DNA from: Leptogorgia sarmentosa
Taxonomy: Eukaryota
NCBI GenBank assembly: GCA_964658305.1
Contig: OZ210884.1
Span: 6,882,001 to 6,946,000 of the forward strand
Length of the DNA: 64,000 bases
Reading direction: 5' to 3'
The position numbers were made by a program, and so were the translations under genes. The notes under the pieces were generated by a model. It saw only the letters and a program-made list of their open reading frames with translations, had not been told where the DNA came from and made no database searches. Positions within the stretch are counted from its first letter, which is position 1; each line of letters opens with the position of its first letter. Positions 14,301 to 26,713 of the stretch are shown piece by piece.

Positions 14301-17300
14301 CCTCCGTAGTAAAGTATGTAACTCAGCTTTATTTGAAAGTTACCTGTTCATAATGTGAGCAGCCAAAGCACAAGCAGCCGAGTTAATTGTACCACGAACT
14401 ATTTTCCCGCCATATGCTCCACCACATCGCTTACATGTTACATGCACACTAAGAAAAATTAATATGAATATATTATTATACAAATAATGAATGTTCATGA
14501 GGTGAAAGATGGAATGTCCAATTCAACGTGGCGATAGCCGAGTTGAATGGAACATTCCATCTTTCACCGAATGAAAATATTCTTACCATTGCACGAATAA
14601 AAGCATTCATTATTAGGCTATTGCTTTACAAGAACCGCTTATTTAAAAACTATAATACTAAACGGTGTAAATGAACTGCGATCACGTGCGAAAAGCGCTA
14701 GTAAGAGTACAATAGTACGAATTCACTATAGGGGAAACGGAACTTTCTATTCAATACACGTGACCATAATTAACCAATTAGACCACCTGAAGGCTGAATG
14801 TAACATATCGGTTAGAGTAAATGCGTAAAATTCTGTAAGTAAAAGCTTCGAACTACTACGATGGTTATTCGTACAAGTTCTTGGTGATGACTTTCTGGTT
14901 AAGATTTGAGGGGGAAGAAGTAATGAATTTTTGCATTTGAATTTAGAGTCGGGTCACATGAGCAAGCCCGTTCATTCTTGGTCTAAGATTTCTATATGCA
15001 CTATCGTCAACCCAAGGACGTCACCTTACTTCTTTTCAGGTATATTCAAGACTTGCGCTATTGCCATCTGAGTAATATCAGTGAATTGTGTCGCAGCATA
15101 GACCTCCATCTCTTCCTCGTTTGGAATGCAAAGACAAGCCTGGTGGGAAATATTTAGATATACAGTATTAAGGCCAGCCATCCAAGGGGAGGGTCATCTT
15201 CAGAAGATGGGCCACCTCTGTATTTTCTTCCACCATTTTTGAGAGAATTACATATAAAACTTATTCAGGATTAAACTTGCAGTTAAAAAACCATATTCAA
15301 ACACGTAGATCTCAAAGTTGTAGTATTAAATAAAACCATGAACTTTACAACATCCGACAAAAATATTGGGCCAGATGTCATACACTATCGATATCGGGTC
15401 AAAATGTTCTACTAGTCTTGTTGCTTCCTTAAAATGGATGCATGAAATTTTCTCGTTTAAATAAAACAAAGTTTGGTAAAGATAAATAATTAAGCACAAA
15501 CGTGAGTTTCCATGTGAATGTGATGTTGTGTTCCCAGTGAAATTTCACCACTGATGACGTGGGCAGATGACGCCATCCCTCCTATAAATTGATAAGAACT
15601 TGAGTTATACAATGATTAGCTAAATGTATACTTTGTCGTGTTAAAATTTCAATAAATTTTTTCCCCCTAACCATCAGGGTCTCCAAACACTTGATCAACA
15701 ATTTCATCGGAGAAAAATGACTTGGCATCAATTGCGTCTTGAATGGTAATAATCGGAGTCTTGAAGTCTGTGTATGTGATCTTCACTTTCCCAGCAGCCT
15801 CATCAGCCAAGCTTTGAGTGTCTATAAGGATTAGAAATATTCCCACATAATCACGACAACATTATACTGGACGCTGTTTGGTTCTGAAGAGTACAATTCG
15901 TTCGTTAGTCGTACTGCTTTACAGGGTACTATGCCCTATGACCCTAGCTGAGCGCAAAGATGTGAAACAATTTGATACGGCGATTAAATAAATGCTGAAT
16001 TCCTTTGTAGTTTGTAAAGTGCACTTTTTTTGCTCATGAGGATTTTGAAATGTTCTTATTTTATTATTTATGACAGTTATGTCAATCCTCCATGCATTCA
16101 TATATAGTGCAATTCAACTGACTACGCTGGGAATTTTCACTACGAAATACAGTGCACGTGGACACCCTCATTTCTGATGATGACTACAAGATAGTCGAAA
16201 CGTTGAATAAAGTTTTTTCATTGTCATGTATTTCATTCAATTCAAACAATGCGATATATAATTTCGATGCTTTTGGTGTTTAGGACATCCTGTACAAGAT
16301 CATAATAATTGTACTTCAGACTCGGCGAGCTAGAAATTTGGGAGCTATAGAATCATGTTTTAAATTCCGCTTTCGACTAAATCTATTGATTTACCATTTC
16401 CCACTGGAAGACAAAGGACTCTTCATAAATTTGTTGAGAAACAAAATTATTTAATAAAAAGCTGCAAAAAGGATAACGTTTTACTGTCAATGCCCTTTAA
16501 ATTAAAGAAAGAAATGCTTACTTGCAATGATAATACCAACTGCCTGACCAGCATATTCTACGTCTCCATCACAGAATATTTTTTCTTTGGTGGGAAAGCT
16601 AGCGGCAACAAAATTATTTTCTCCAGGAATGTCTTTAGCGGAAATGTACTTCAGCACACCAGGAATTTTCTAAAGCAAAAACTTCTAATTCACTTCATAT
16701 TGTTGGGTTTCATGTGACGTCATATATTCAGTATAGTGAGGGTCAATGTCGAATGAAGACACAGTCATCGGAGTAAGCAAATAAAGAATTTCCAGGAAAT
16801 GGATTGGCTGATTTCCAGCAACAGACCAAAATTTATATAGACCGGAAGAAGAGAATCTATCACTACAAGTAGAAAAAGCACCTTGGAATTTGTAAAATTT
16901 CGTTCCGAAATGTGCGAAATGCGGAAAATATAATATAGCTGTACGAAATAGGCAAAGTTCTGAAATATTTCTGTATTGCGGAAATTTTTAACACTTTCGC
17001 AATTCGGATCGAAAGTTTTTTGCACTTAATAAAAAATGAATATACAAAATTCGCAACTCCAAAGGGCTGTATTTTTGGTAAGGTTGATGCTTTTTCTAGC
17101 CGCGCCGTGGTGATAGATTTTGTTCTTCTTGCGTCGACTATAATATAATTTAAATTCTGTAATTTCTTACCAACACTTCAGATACATCCACATTTTCAAG
17201 TTTACAATTTCCCTTAATTTGAAGCACATAAAACTCTTGTTTGAGAAGCGAACAATGGAGGTCAAACCGTCTGATATAGCATGTTCTTCATGTTAAATTT

Positions 17301-20300
17301 TGGGCTTACCTGTGTTGTCGTTACAAAGGCTCCGTAAACCTCGCCATGTTGTTTCGGTATATCGTCTGTGTACTGGGCTTCACCTGAGGCCTGTAATTTT
17401 ATATAATAATTTCTTATAAGTTTTTGCGGAATCTGAATGCTGATTGGCCAAAACTTCGTATTGGGACCGTGATTCGTATATATTTCCGTGTCCGGATTGT
17501 GTTATCGGGAAAAGTTTCTAACTGAGAATTTTTACATACTGACTTTAAAAATATTTATGTGTTCACCTGATATGAAGTATTATGAAACTTTCCAAATCAA
17601 AAATGATCATTTTTTACAGTGCAGCAAAAAACTTTGGAGCTCACAGTTCAACAAGATTGAACGTTTTTCTGCCCACATTTTTATTCAGGGTTGCTAACAA
17701 TAATTTATGCACCTGAGTCAGGTGTAACAATGCTGGGTTGAGTTCGAATTTGGTTTAACAATGCTGAACAATACTGTTGAGTTTGAATTTGGTTTAACAA
17801 TGCTGAACAATATTGTTGAGTTTGAATTGGCCATGGGTTTAACAATGATGAATAATACTGTTGAGTGTGTGTAGCAAAACATTGTTCAATCCTGTTTTCA
17901 TTTATGTTGCGACCAAGTTGTTGTTTTACCTGTAATTTCGCAGTGGTTTTCGTCATAGGTTTTGTCAATGGATATTCACTTGGTGTCGTACCAAAACTCT
18001 GTTGACCTGACGATATTGGTCGTACATATGGGACTGCAGCTGAACGCACTTTTTCACTTGCTTTGTCACCAAGAAGAGACAGGTAGAACTACAAACAAAT
18101 AGACATTATGCCAAATGATGTCGCAAGCCTTGATGGGGCGTAACGATTTTTGATCTTAGTGATCTTCCCCTTTTGGGTGATGAGTCCGAAGCAGTGGCGT
18201 AGTAATATCGATATTTGGGGCGTTGGTATTTATATATTTGTGTTCACAAACCCTAAAAACAGTAGATTTAAAAATTCAAGGAGCATATCGTTAAGGAGCA
18301 TGGTTGAGCATGGTTAGGGACACTGTTAAGGCAGAATTAAAGTAGGGTTAAGGCATTGTTAAGGTGTGGTTAATGGTTACTCACCTTATAAAACAAGCCA
18401 AGCGCTAAACTCTTGCGATACTGCGCACTTGCAGTTAGTGCTGTGGATTCTGGGACAATTTCTTTATCCAACACACTCAAACAACCTAAAAAAGTAAAAT
18501 GTGCTAATGAATTGTGGATAAAAAGAAGAATTTTATTAGACATTTTACGGTGCAATATGTGATGCATGCATAATAAATTTATAGCATGCATTAGCAGCCA
18601 AGAATTGCGTTTAAATCCCTTAGTTTAAATCTTTTTTCGCAGTTTACACAACGTCATGCACTCCGATTATAAATTGATTAATATCTTTTAGCGTTGCCGA
18701 GTCAAGAATATTTTTTCCAGAAAGATATTGCTGTGTCTTACTTGCTCGCAACTAAAGAACATGAGTATAGAAACGTAGTTTATATATCTAGGATAAGTGG
18801 TCGGTTTATTCCTCGGTCGCAGTTGGTCGATATAACAGTCTTAGTCCGTTAATTGGACTGGTCCATCACTTTCATCTTTGCAATTGGAAATGTGTTAAAT
18901 GAATATACCCATTTTACTCACTGGAGAAAGCTTAATTCCGCCAAAAACCAAACTTGGTGTTCCCTTCACAGCATACGTTGAATCCATGGACACCATAAAT
19001 CCAGCATTCACATACGCATGTGCATTCTACAATGTATTGAGAAAAAGACCGGGTCATGAGAGGCCTATATTGAGAAATAAATAAGAGTTGGGAGTAACGA
19101 ACACAGCTGTACTCTATCCTTTCCCAACATTTACACAGTCATGAGTTTTATTGAATTCGAAGTGAAGACATAGTCAAAACACTCGTCAATCTTCCATCTT
19201 TTCAGTGTAAAGCTTAAAATATTCCATGCATGAGAACAAATTTCCATCATATCCTCATTTGAGCAGCCCTTGACAGCAGTCAAAGCAGCTCAAAATCATC
19301 AACAATGGTGATACGTAGAAGTTTGAAAGCGATTATATTTTTATTGTACATACATACCTGATGTCTGGGCATAATTTTATACGTTTGAACAAATTCATCG
19401 TCAGCAGAGAACGGGATGTCCATTCTAAGAATTACCTGAGAACAAGCAAATCATGAAGATTCAGCTTTACTGCCCATCGGAAATAAACTGAAAATCAGGA
19501 GTCTTACTTTACTTTTATCTAACCTTGGAACGAGGTTGATTATTATCGTTTCACCAAAAATTGTCTTTTATTGGACAGGTTTCAAGATTATCAATGCAGA
19601 AAGTTTATATAGCTCACACTACATTAACGTACTCACCTTATTATTCATGTCAACTGCCAAAAATTTTTCCAAAGTGTACGACTGAGTCGAGCCAGTGACG
19701 TCACCTAAGTTGATGCGAAAAATGCAACTGAAATCGTATATACACGTATGTATATGCTACTAACGAAGCGGTAGTACAATAGGCGCAACACTTCATGGTC
19801 AATTACTTGTCAATAAATCTTAACCGGCATCTTTTTTTTGAAATCAACAACATTCCCGATGAAAATTATTTCCCAGTTTGGACTTGATCATTTCCAGGAA
19901 ACAGATTTCGCTGTATAGTTGCTATGCTTTTATTAATGATCTGATAATACGTTAATAACTAGTACGATTCTCGCGTTCTTACCAATCAAAATTGTGACTC
20001 CCACTGCACTCATCATAGTGAACACATCTGAAGGGAAATCTCGATGTTTGTGAATCAACATCAAATTGCCAGCCCAGCAACCAACCTAAATTTTAGTATC
20101 ATTTGTTTACAGGATTACTGGAGTACTTGAACTTATGGGCACATGACCATGCATTGTGGAAAAGTCATCGTCAATTCGTTAGTTTAATTTCTTTCTGTTA
20201 TTAATTGCTTATACGTTTCATAGTAGTAACCGAATTGTATGGATATCTGTGTTTACAATAGAGTGAGTCGCCATGTTTCTTTTTTGAAAGTGCAATTGAC

Positions 20301-23300
20301 TAATCAGACTGTAGGAATTTGGTAATGAACAAAATAAAAGGTATAACATTCTGTATTCAACAACACATAGTTATATAAAGCGTGTAGACTGTAGTACTTA
20401 CATTTCTTACTGGAACGTTAGCAATCTGAAAAAAATCCAGTATGAATTAAGTGTAGCTAGTAGAGTTTCTCAAAACAACTCAACCCACTTCCCAGCAATA
20501 ATAGTTAAATAAGTGATTATCTTAAACATTTGATGTTAGAAACGACAATTCCACTTCACCTTTTTGATGTGAGTTGCAAGAATCGGAAATGACTTGGATT
20601 TCTGAGAATTATTCGTCAGTTCTCGGATAACAGTGTTCAGAGAAAGTGAAGCACCAACTTGCAGAGAAGAATCAGTCACCTGAATACCAATAATAGATGT
20701 ACTAGCTGTAAAATTAACTTTCGCGCGTACACGTGCAATGAATAAAAATTTACATGAATGCGCAAAGCAGTGTCTGGATCTGAAACCTATTCACGTTTAA
20801 TTGTCATATTTGATTGTTATTAGTTGACTTGAAAAGTAAAATTACTAGTCCAAAAAAATTATTTTTGCACAATTTATGGTGTTCATCTTGCTTTATTGGG
20901 ACAACTTCCACAGTTTAAAAATCACCATTACTATGGTTTTATAATTTTATATAGACAGGCTTCAATCACATGATATGTTTAATGTTTTTGGTCACAGTCA
21001 ACGGCAAATATAGATATCGTACAGAAAGTATATGGAATTTGGTCGATTCCACAAGACAGCAATGAGCCTGCAATATGCGTGAAATTGACTATAAACCGTT
21101 TCTCTATGATTGAGTAGTATAGTGAGTGAAACCAAGTAAAAACAAACATAAATACCTTCAGAACATTCAACTCAGTAACATCAGCTATATTTATGTATAC
21201 GTTGAAATCACCATCGTTTTTGTAAACACCTGCATGAATTAGATTTTATTTTAATCGAAAGACTTGACATAATCACCGATTTCAGTCATTGCAAAACGAC
21301 CGTTAATGGTTACTATGGTACGAGCAAAGTTTAGAAATTTAAAATGAGCGCAGGTGGTACATGCGGTTAGCACGTGCCTTTCACCACTGAAAAAAGTTAA
21401 GACTTGGACCTGTGTGCTTCATGTGAGTTTAGTTGTCATGTAGTTGATGTCTTTTGTGCTTTGGATGAGTGCATTCAGGAAGAGTGCATGTATTAGTTAG
21501 GATTGCAGTACCTACCTTTTCCAGTATTACCAACGATCATTCTAACAGAGTCGGAAGCATGATCCTTCAGTATCGTATAGAGATTTGTCAAAGATGCAGG
21601 TTTATACCACATTGGACCTGACAGCTCGTTTTGATCAAAACAACAGCCACGACAAGACCTCGTCTCGCCACGACATTTGCCTTTACATTTCTGGAGCTCC
21701 TGTATCAAATTAAAGGTGAAAAGAGTTGGTTAGAAAGTGTGTTCTTACTGGTATTGGTTTGAAATACTCATATACTGTATTGTATTGATTGAATGAAATG
21801 TATAGCAAGCTAATCTTACAATTAAATTCAATGCGAAACTTTAAAAGAATACTCGGCACGGAACATTCAGGTCCCGTTATTTGAAGTGTTGATGAAAAGT
21901 TGTTGTGCATCTTCATAGTTGCCAACAAAATTGTTTGGCAGTATTACACCTGACTTGTCTTGCTTTTTTAATACACTTAATTCAGTTCAGTCTAACCACT
22001 ATAGGCAATACCTCAATGTCAATCGGATTCTCATCTTTAGCAAATGATTTCATTGCATCAAGAATGGGACGGAATCCTAAACATATAACGGATGAGGGTG
22101 ACTTTGGTACAATGTATTTACTTTCGATGGACTTTAAATCTTTTATACATGTGCGTCCGCATCCAGCTTTTGAAGGACTTATCCTTCAAAAGATTTCGGA
22201 CGCCACAACGTAAAGAGGTTAGGAATACACTTCAAACAACCAGCACTGTGTTTGAAAAGCAAATATAAATACAGTATAGTCATGTAAAGAAGTTTTTTTC
22301 ACGTGCAACGTACCAGTGCAACGACATAAATTTCCATCAAAACCATCTTCAATTTCTTGCTTAGTAGGTTGAGCATTTTCAGAAAGTAAACTAAAAGGAA
22401 AACATTAGAACTTTTTGCCGCATTAAAAATATCCATTCCCGTTATCAACTTTATGGGTAAACTCGTGTTGTGACTCTATTTATACGGCGTTTTGTACTCC
22501 ACTTGCTAATACTGCACACAAATTTGTGTGCGTGTTTTGATGATGAAAAAGTAACTTCAAAGATTGCTTTTTGCACCTTTCTGCCCACATGGCTCATTTG
22601 ATTACTGCATTAGGGTTGAAGGATGATTTAAACCTAACCAGGAATTAAATAGTTCAACACTACTGTAGACGTTCTCTCGGAGGGATTGGTGCGGCGCACA
22701 TTTTATGGCTAATTGCGGTATATGCAGAATCCAATCAATTATTGACCTCCACATGTGCGGTCTGTATGGATTGTTCAGGAAAACTTTGCATTTTATACAA
22801 CAAGGCACGTTTTGGACTTGGTTGGACTAAGCAATTGCTAAAGTTTCTACCTGTACATATTCATAACCATTCCCGGTGTACAATATCCGCATTGACTACC
22901 ATTGTATTCAGCAATTCGGTCTTGAATAGGATGATATCCCGAACGACTGCTGCAGAATCATTAAGATATCATAATTGTTAATAATCACCTTACTTTAGTA
23001 AGATCATATAGCGATTAACGTAATAAAATAATTCCAAGTAAAGTAATTCAACGTAATAAAATGAAGGTGGATAAAAAGTTAAAAACTGAATAAGAAATAC
23101 ATGAATCAGCTGCAGGTAAGAATCGGAAACTTAGCACAATTAACTTGACGTCCTGATTAATATTACATTGATTTCAACGGCAGTGCACTCAATATACATC
23201 TGTCATCTTTTGCTGATCTTTTGAAAGTCTTACCTCCCCAATCCTTCAGTCGTTGTAACTTTAAACCCATCGGCAGCGAATAAAGGGAAAAGACACTATA

Positions 23301-23875
23301 AGTAGATAAAAAAAGAAGAAGAAGTACTTTGGTCAGATCACGTGAAGAATCGGGATCAAAAACCAACAAAAGAAACAGCTACAGTATGGTGTAGGTAAAC
23401 CTTACGCTATTGACAGCAATAATTTTGTCTTTTTTTGTAGTCAAATCTTGTTTGGTTAATGCGACAACACACGCACCACATCCTCCTTCTTGACATGTCA
23501 CTTTTGTGCCTGTTTATAATCATAATAAACACAATCATGCATGTTGAAACGCAGAACTTCACACTGTAAACACTTGCAAACACTACGAAGAGTGACTTTC
23601 AGTGACTGCGCTATTTGTATACGGTCTGTGATAATAGCCTTCGTGACAATTAGGCGGTGGTCGAGAAATATAGTATAGAAAATTCAGTGGTGTTGTCACT
23701 AACTTAATATTATTAATTAATGTATATATCATTAATGTGTTCGCTATACTGTACCTCGCAGTCCAGGCTGTGATCTCAACCATTCATTTAAAGATATTTT
23801 GGGACTTGTGTTGGAAATGGTGAATTTCACCCCATTCACTTCGACGTTGATTGAATCCACTGATTTCCCCGACAT
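8355..23875 (-). CDS. Xanthine dehydrogenase/aldehyde oxidase family molybdo-flavoenzyme (aldehyde oxidase-like); 38 exons
   Basis: ATG at 23875 ([15 protein letters not shown]). [2Fe-2S] motifs [18 protein letters not shown] and [11 protein letters not shown] region VGNTGKG, AGNLML; Moco region [47 protein letters not shown]. All exons join in frame; the donor at 18684 is AT rather than GT. Confidence 0.95.
11744..11939. repeat. Two-copy tandem duplication (about 99 bp period) in an intron of the XDH/AOX gene
   Basis: CTGCGAGTTAAT...GAAAGATTTGGGCAT occurs at 11744 and 11843 with a few substitutions. Confidence 0.85.
16170..16212 (+). ncRNA. Minimal hammerhead-ribozyme-like motif, Penelope-type element end
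   Basis: CTGATGA-T-GACTA-caaga-TAGTC-GAAA-CGTT followed by AATAAA. Core boxes and a 5 bp stem II are present; stem III is palindromic with no loop, and there is one extra U after A9. Confidence 0.4.
17738..17866. repeat. Short tandem array (about 36-47 bp units, 3 copies) inside an intronic repeat
   Basis: Repeated TTGAGTTTGAATTTGGTTTAACAATGCTGAACAATA(C/T)TG. Confidence 0.7.
21346..21430 (+). mobile_element. Degenerate SINE 5' fragment
   Basis: GGTGGTACATGCGGTTAGCACGTGCCTTTCACCACTG resembles a tRNA-derived A-box head; no B box is recognisable. Confidence 0.3.
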
Positions 23876-24501
23876 TTTAACTCAACATTCAGAACAACCT
23901 AATTGAAGGGAAGTGGAATACAGGGGTCGGTTGTATAAAACTCTTAACTATCCGTTTTGCAGTTAAATGGTAGTTAACTTTGAAATACGCGTTTCTGATT
24001 GGTCAATTTTCGCACTTAAGCGGCCCCAGGACCTGCTTTAGTTTTGAAATATAGTAATTAATCTTTATCGAACGTAAAGGGTAGCTATACGAACAATACA
24101 ATCGAGGTTTTTGGCCGTTACACATAATGAGGGCGGAGACATTTGCGCCACCTGCAGGTTTCCATAATATTTCTCTGGAGTGCCTCTACCTTAAACACGT
24201 CGAATATTATCTTAAATAAAATCTCCGCGTTTTTGAATGCCTGACTACTGTAGCTACAACTACCAGGTTGCGTGCATTTGTAGTTGTTTCCCAAAAGACC
24301 TTTTCTTTTTAGATTAATTTTGCATTAACATTGCAGGAAAGAGCATCAATAAATTTAGTGGAACATCGTAAAATGTGGAAAATACAGTCATGTGAAGTGG
24401 TATTTTTGTATTCTTTAAAGTTTGACTTCAGTAGGTCCTTTGCGATCCTTGTAAAGAATGCAGTAGTCACGCAGAACAAGCTAGGGTGGATTTCATTTTA
24501 A

Positions 24502-25057
24502 ACCAGTCAGCACATTTGTTTGTCTTTTGGTGCTAAGCCAATCAGAGTGCGTAGATTCGTACTACTTCCGGTATAGGCACGTATTTTAATACAAAATTTA
24601 CGGTCGTAATAATAAATAGATCTGTATGTCCTGATCGAAAAATGACAACGACTTCGCTGAAAATCTATGAATGAGATTCAAGTTCAAGCTTTCTTTTTTC
24701 ATCGAACGTATATTTCATTGCGAGAGCAAAAAATTTAGGCAGCCAAATTCCCGACATGCACAAACTAGACCCAAATACAAACTAGTCAAAATTGTATTCA
24801 AACAAATTTTCGACACTAAATGTTAACAATTTTAAGAGCTACCAAGTATAGTGCTAAAGTACTCAATAGCGTGTAATAATTGTCACTTTAATTTCACGAA
24901 AAGTGAGGCTGTGGTGAGAGGAATTTTTTAACCTTACTTTGTAGCGGGTTACTCAGTAGTTTCGCATTTAGAAAATACATGGCTAAACCGGAAGTAGTAT
25001 AAATCTACGCGTTCTGATTGGCTTAGTGTTAACCGATAAACAAATGTGATGATTGGT
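24502..25057. mobile_element. Degenerate MITE-like inverted repeat upstream of the XDH/AOX gene
   Basis: About 75 bp imperfect arms at 24502-24577 and 24983-25057 (CACATTTGTTT..CTAAGCCAATCAG..CGTAGATT..TACTACTTCCGG and its reverse complement). Confidence 0.6.
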
Positions 25058-26043
25058 CAAAAGCGAAAGTTGTCCTTTATTGTCACGCAGTGAAACAAAA
25101 CGGCGTCTCATCTTCATGCCAAAATTCTAAAAGTTTCTGATCTATTGACTTTTAATTGATGATGGGCTCGCAATGATAAGTCAATCAGCGTTCAGGAAAT
25201 TGCATTTTTCTTTGAATGAATAATATTGAATGAATAATATTGCAAAACTTTCAGCGAGATCGAGAGTACAGTACCCCTGGTAAGGTGTTGTTTCTCTAGG
25301 TACCATTATATCGTATTCCCATCTTAAGTATTCAATCATTACTATTTTACCAAAGCACAGAGAAAGCTGTTTTATTTTGTATTGCAATCCAATTTAATAA
25401 TAAAATAGCCTAGCTCAGCAGAGGAAATCTGAGTGAGCAAATTGTAGTATAATTATCAAATTATCAACTGTTGTGGTAAATGGACACTTCTGGAATCAAA
25501 TCACATAAGGCTGTACATATCTCTTTACAGTACTGTATGATTAATATATGCTGGCCATAATAGAGCTATACCAGAAGCTAGGCTGTCAAAGGTCAATAAC
25601 TGCTCTGGTACGAGATCCCTCTTGGAAACAAATCACCTAAACATTGTGCAATAATACAGTACCATTCTGGCATTCCGAGTATTATTAAGTAAACATATGC
25701 TGGCTTTATACAGCTAATTACCAAAAGTGAAGCAAAACAATAGTAATTTATGCAAAAATTACACTTACATTAATTACTATACTTGATCAATACTGAAAGT
25801 CAAATGCTGACAACTAGAATATATTCTTGAAAAAGTAAATTGTAGAATATTATTAGTTTATGGTTGCTAAACAATTTGATATGCATGATTACTGTAACTA
25901 GGTGAGGCATCTAATTTGATCTACATTTGTAGCTTATATGGTAAGTAGATTGTAAACACTTTACTAATACCGAAATAATACAATCATTCATGAATGCAAG
26001 AGCAATAGTTCTGGCTCCCCTTCACATATTGTGAAATCATCAG

Positions 26044-26282
26044 GGGCCGGTTGTACGAAGCCCGTTTAACCTAAACGGTGGATAAACTGAAAAGTAAAAA
26101 CAAGTCTATTCATTCACTGAACAACAAAACTGAAAGTTTTCAAAATGAATAGAACAACTATGACTGCCACTACGTATTTAGTGCATGAAATTCAAGTTCA
26201 TATGTTTACAAGTATTATAAGAGTGTTATTAAATTTTAGCTTATCCACCGTTTAGGCTAAACGGGCTTCGTACAACCGGCCC
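26044..26282. mobile_element. Harbinger-type MITE with CAG target-site duplication
   Basis: About 42 bp near-perfect TIRs (GGGCCGGTTGTACGAAGCCCGTTTA.CCTAAACGGTGGATAA); CAG at 26041-26043 and 26283-26285. Confidence 0.85.
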
Positions 26283-26501
26283 CAGATCATTAGGTAGAAT
26301 AAAATAATAAAGCAGAGTGCATGTGAAATGGCAGTTCAGTAGGTTAACTGTATGGTACAAGATATGGTTTTATTGATCCATTGAACAGAAGCTAGCTGAT
26401 TCCAACTGAAGTTTATAGGGAAGAGGGAAAAGTACAGTGATAAGGCCATTTGACATGCTCTTTCAATCTAATTCCATTGAACCCACTGTGAAAAGACTCT
26501 G

Positions 26502-26713
26502 GGGCCGGTTGTTCGTAGCCCGTTTAGCCTAAACGGTGGATAATCCCAAAATATCAAACAAGTCTTCGTGTTCAATCTGAAAAGCACACTTGTGTAAACA
26601 ACTACATATATGATGTTCAAATTCATGTTCAGTTATTCACAAGATGAATGGGAGGGTAATTCAAATTTGACTTATCCGCCGTTTAGGCTGAACGGGCTAC
26701 GAACAGCCGCCCC
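26502..26713. mobile_element. Harbinger-type MITE with CTG target-site duplication, same TIR family as 26044-26282
   Basis: TIRs GGGCCGGTTGTTCGTAGCCCGTTTAGCCTAAACGG; CTG at 26499-26501 and 26714-26716. Confidence 0.8.

Noticed and set aside
17705..17900. CRISPR-like array, or a repeat protein ([13 protein letters not shown])
   Set aside because: The units are contiguous with no unique spacers and no cas genes; the ORF is an XDH/AOX exon reading on into an intronic repeat.
18600..18684. U12-type AT-AC intron
   Set aside because: The 5' end is ATATTA rather than ATATCC, and the acceptor is AG.
1742..23875. Biosynthetic gene cluster (glycosyltransferase + secreted protein + oxidase)
   Set aside because: Adjacency only; no scaffold-forming enzyme such as a terpene cyclase, PKS or NRPS, and the predicted compartments differ.
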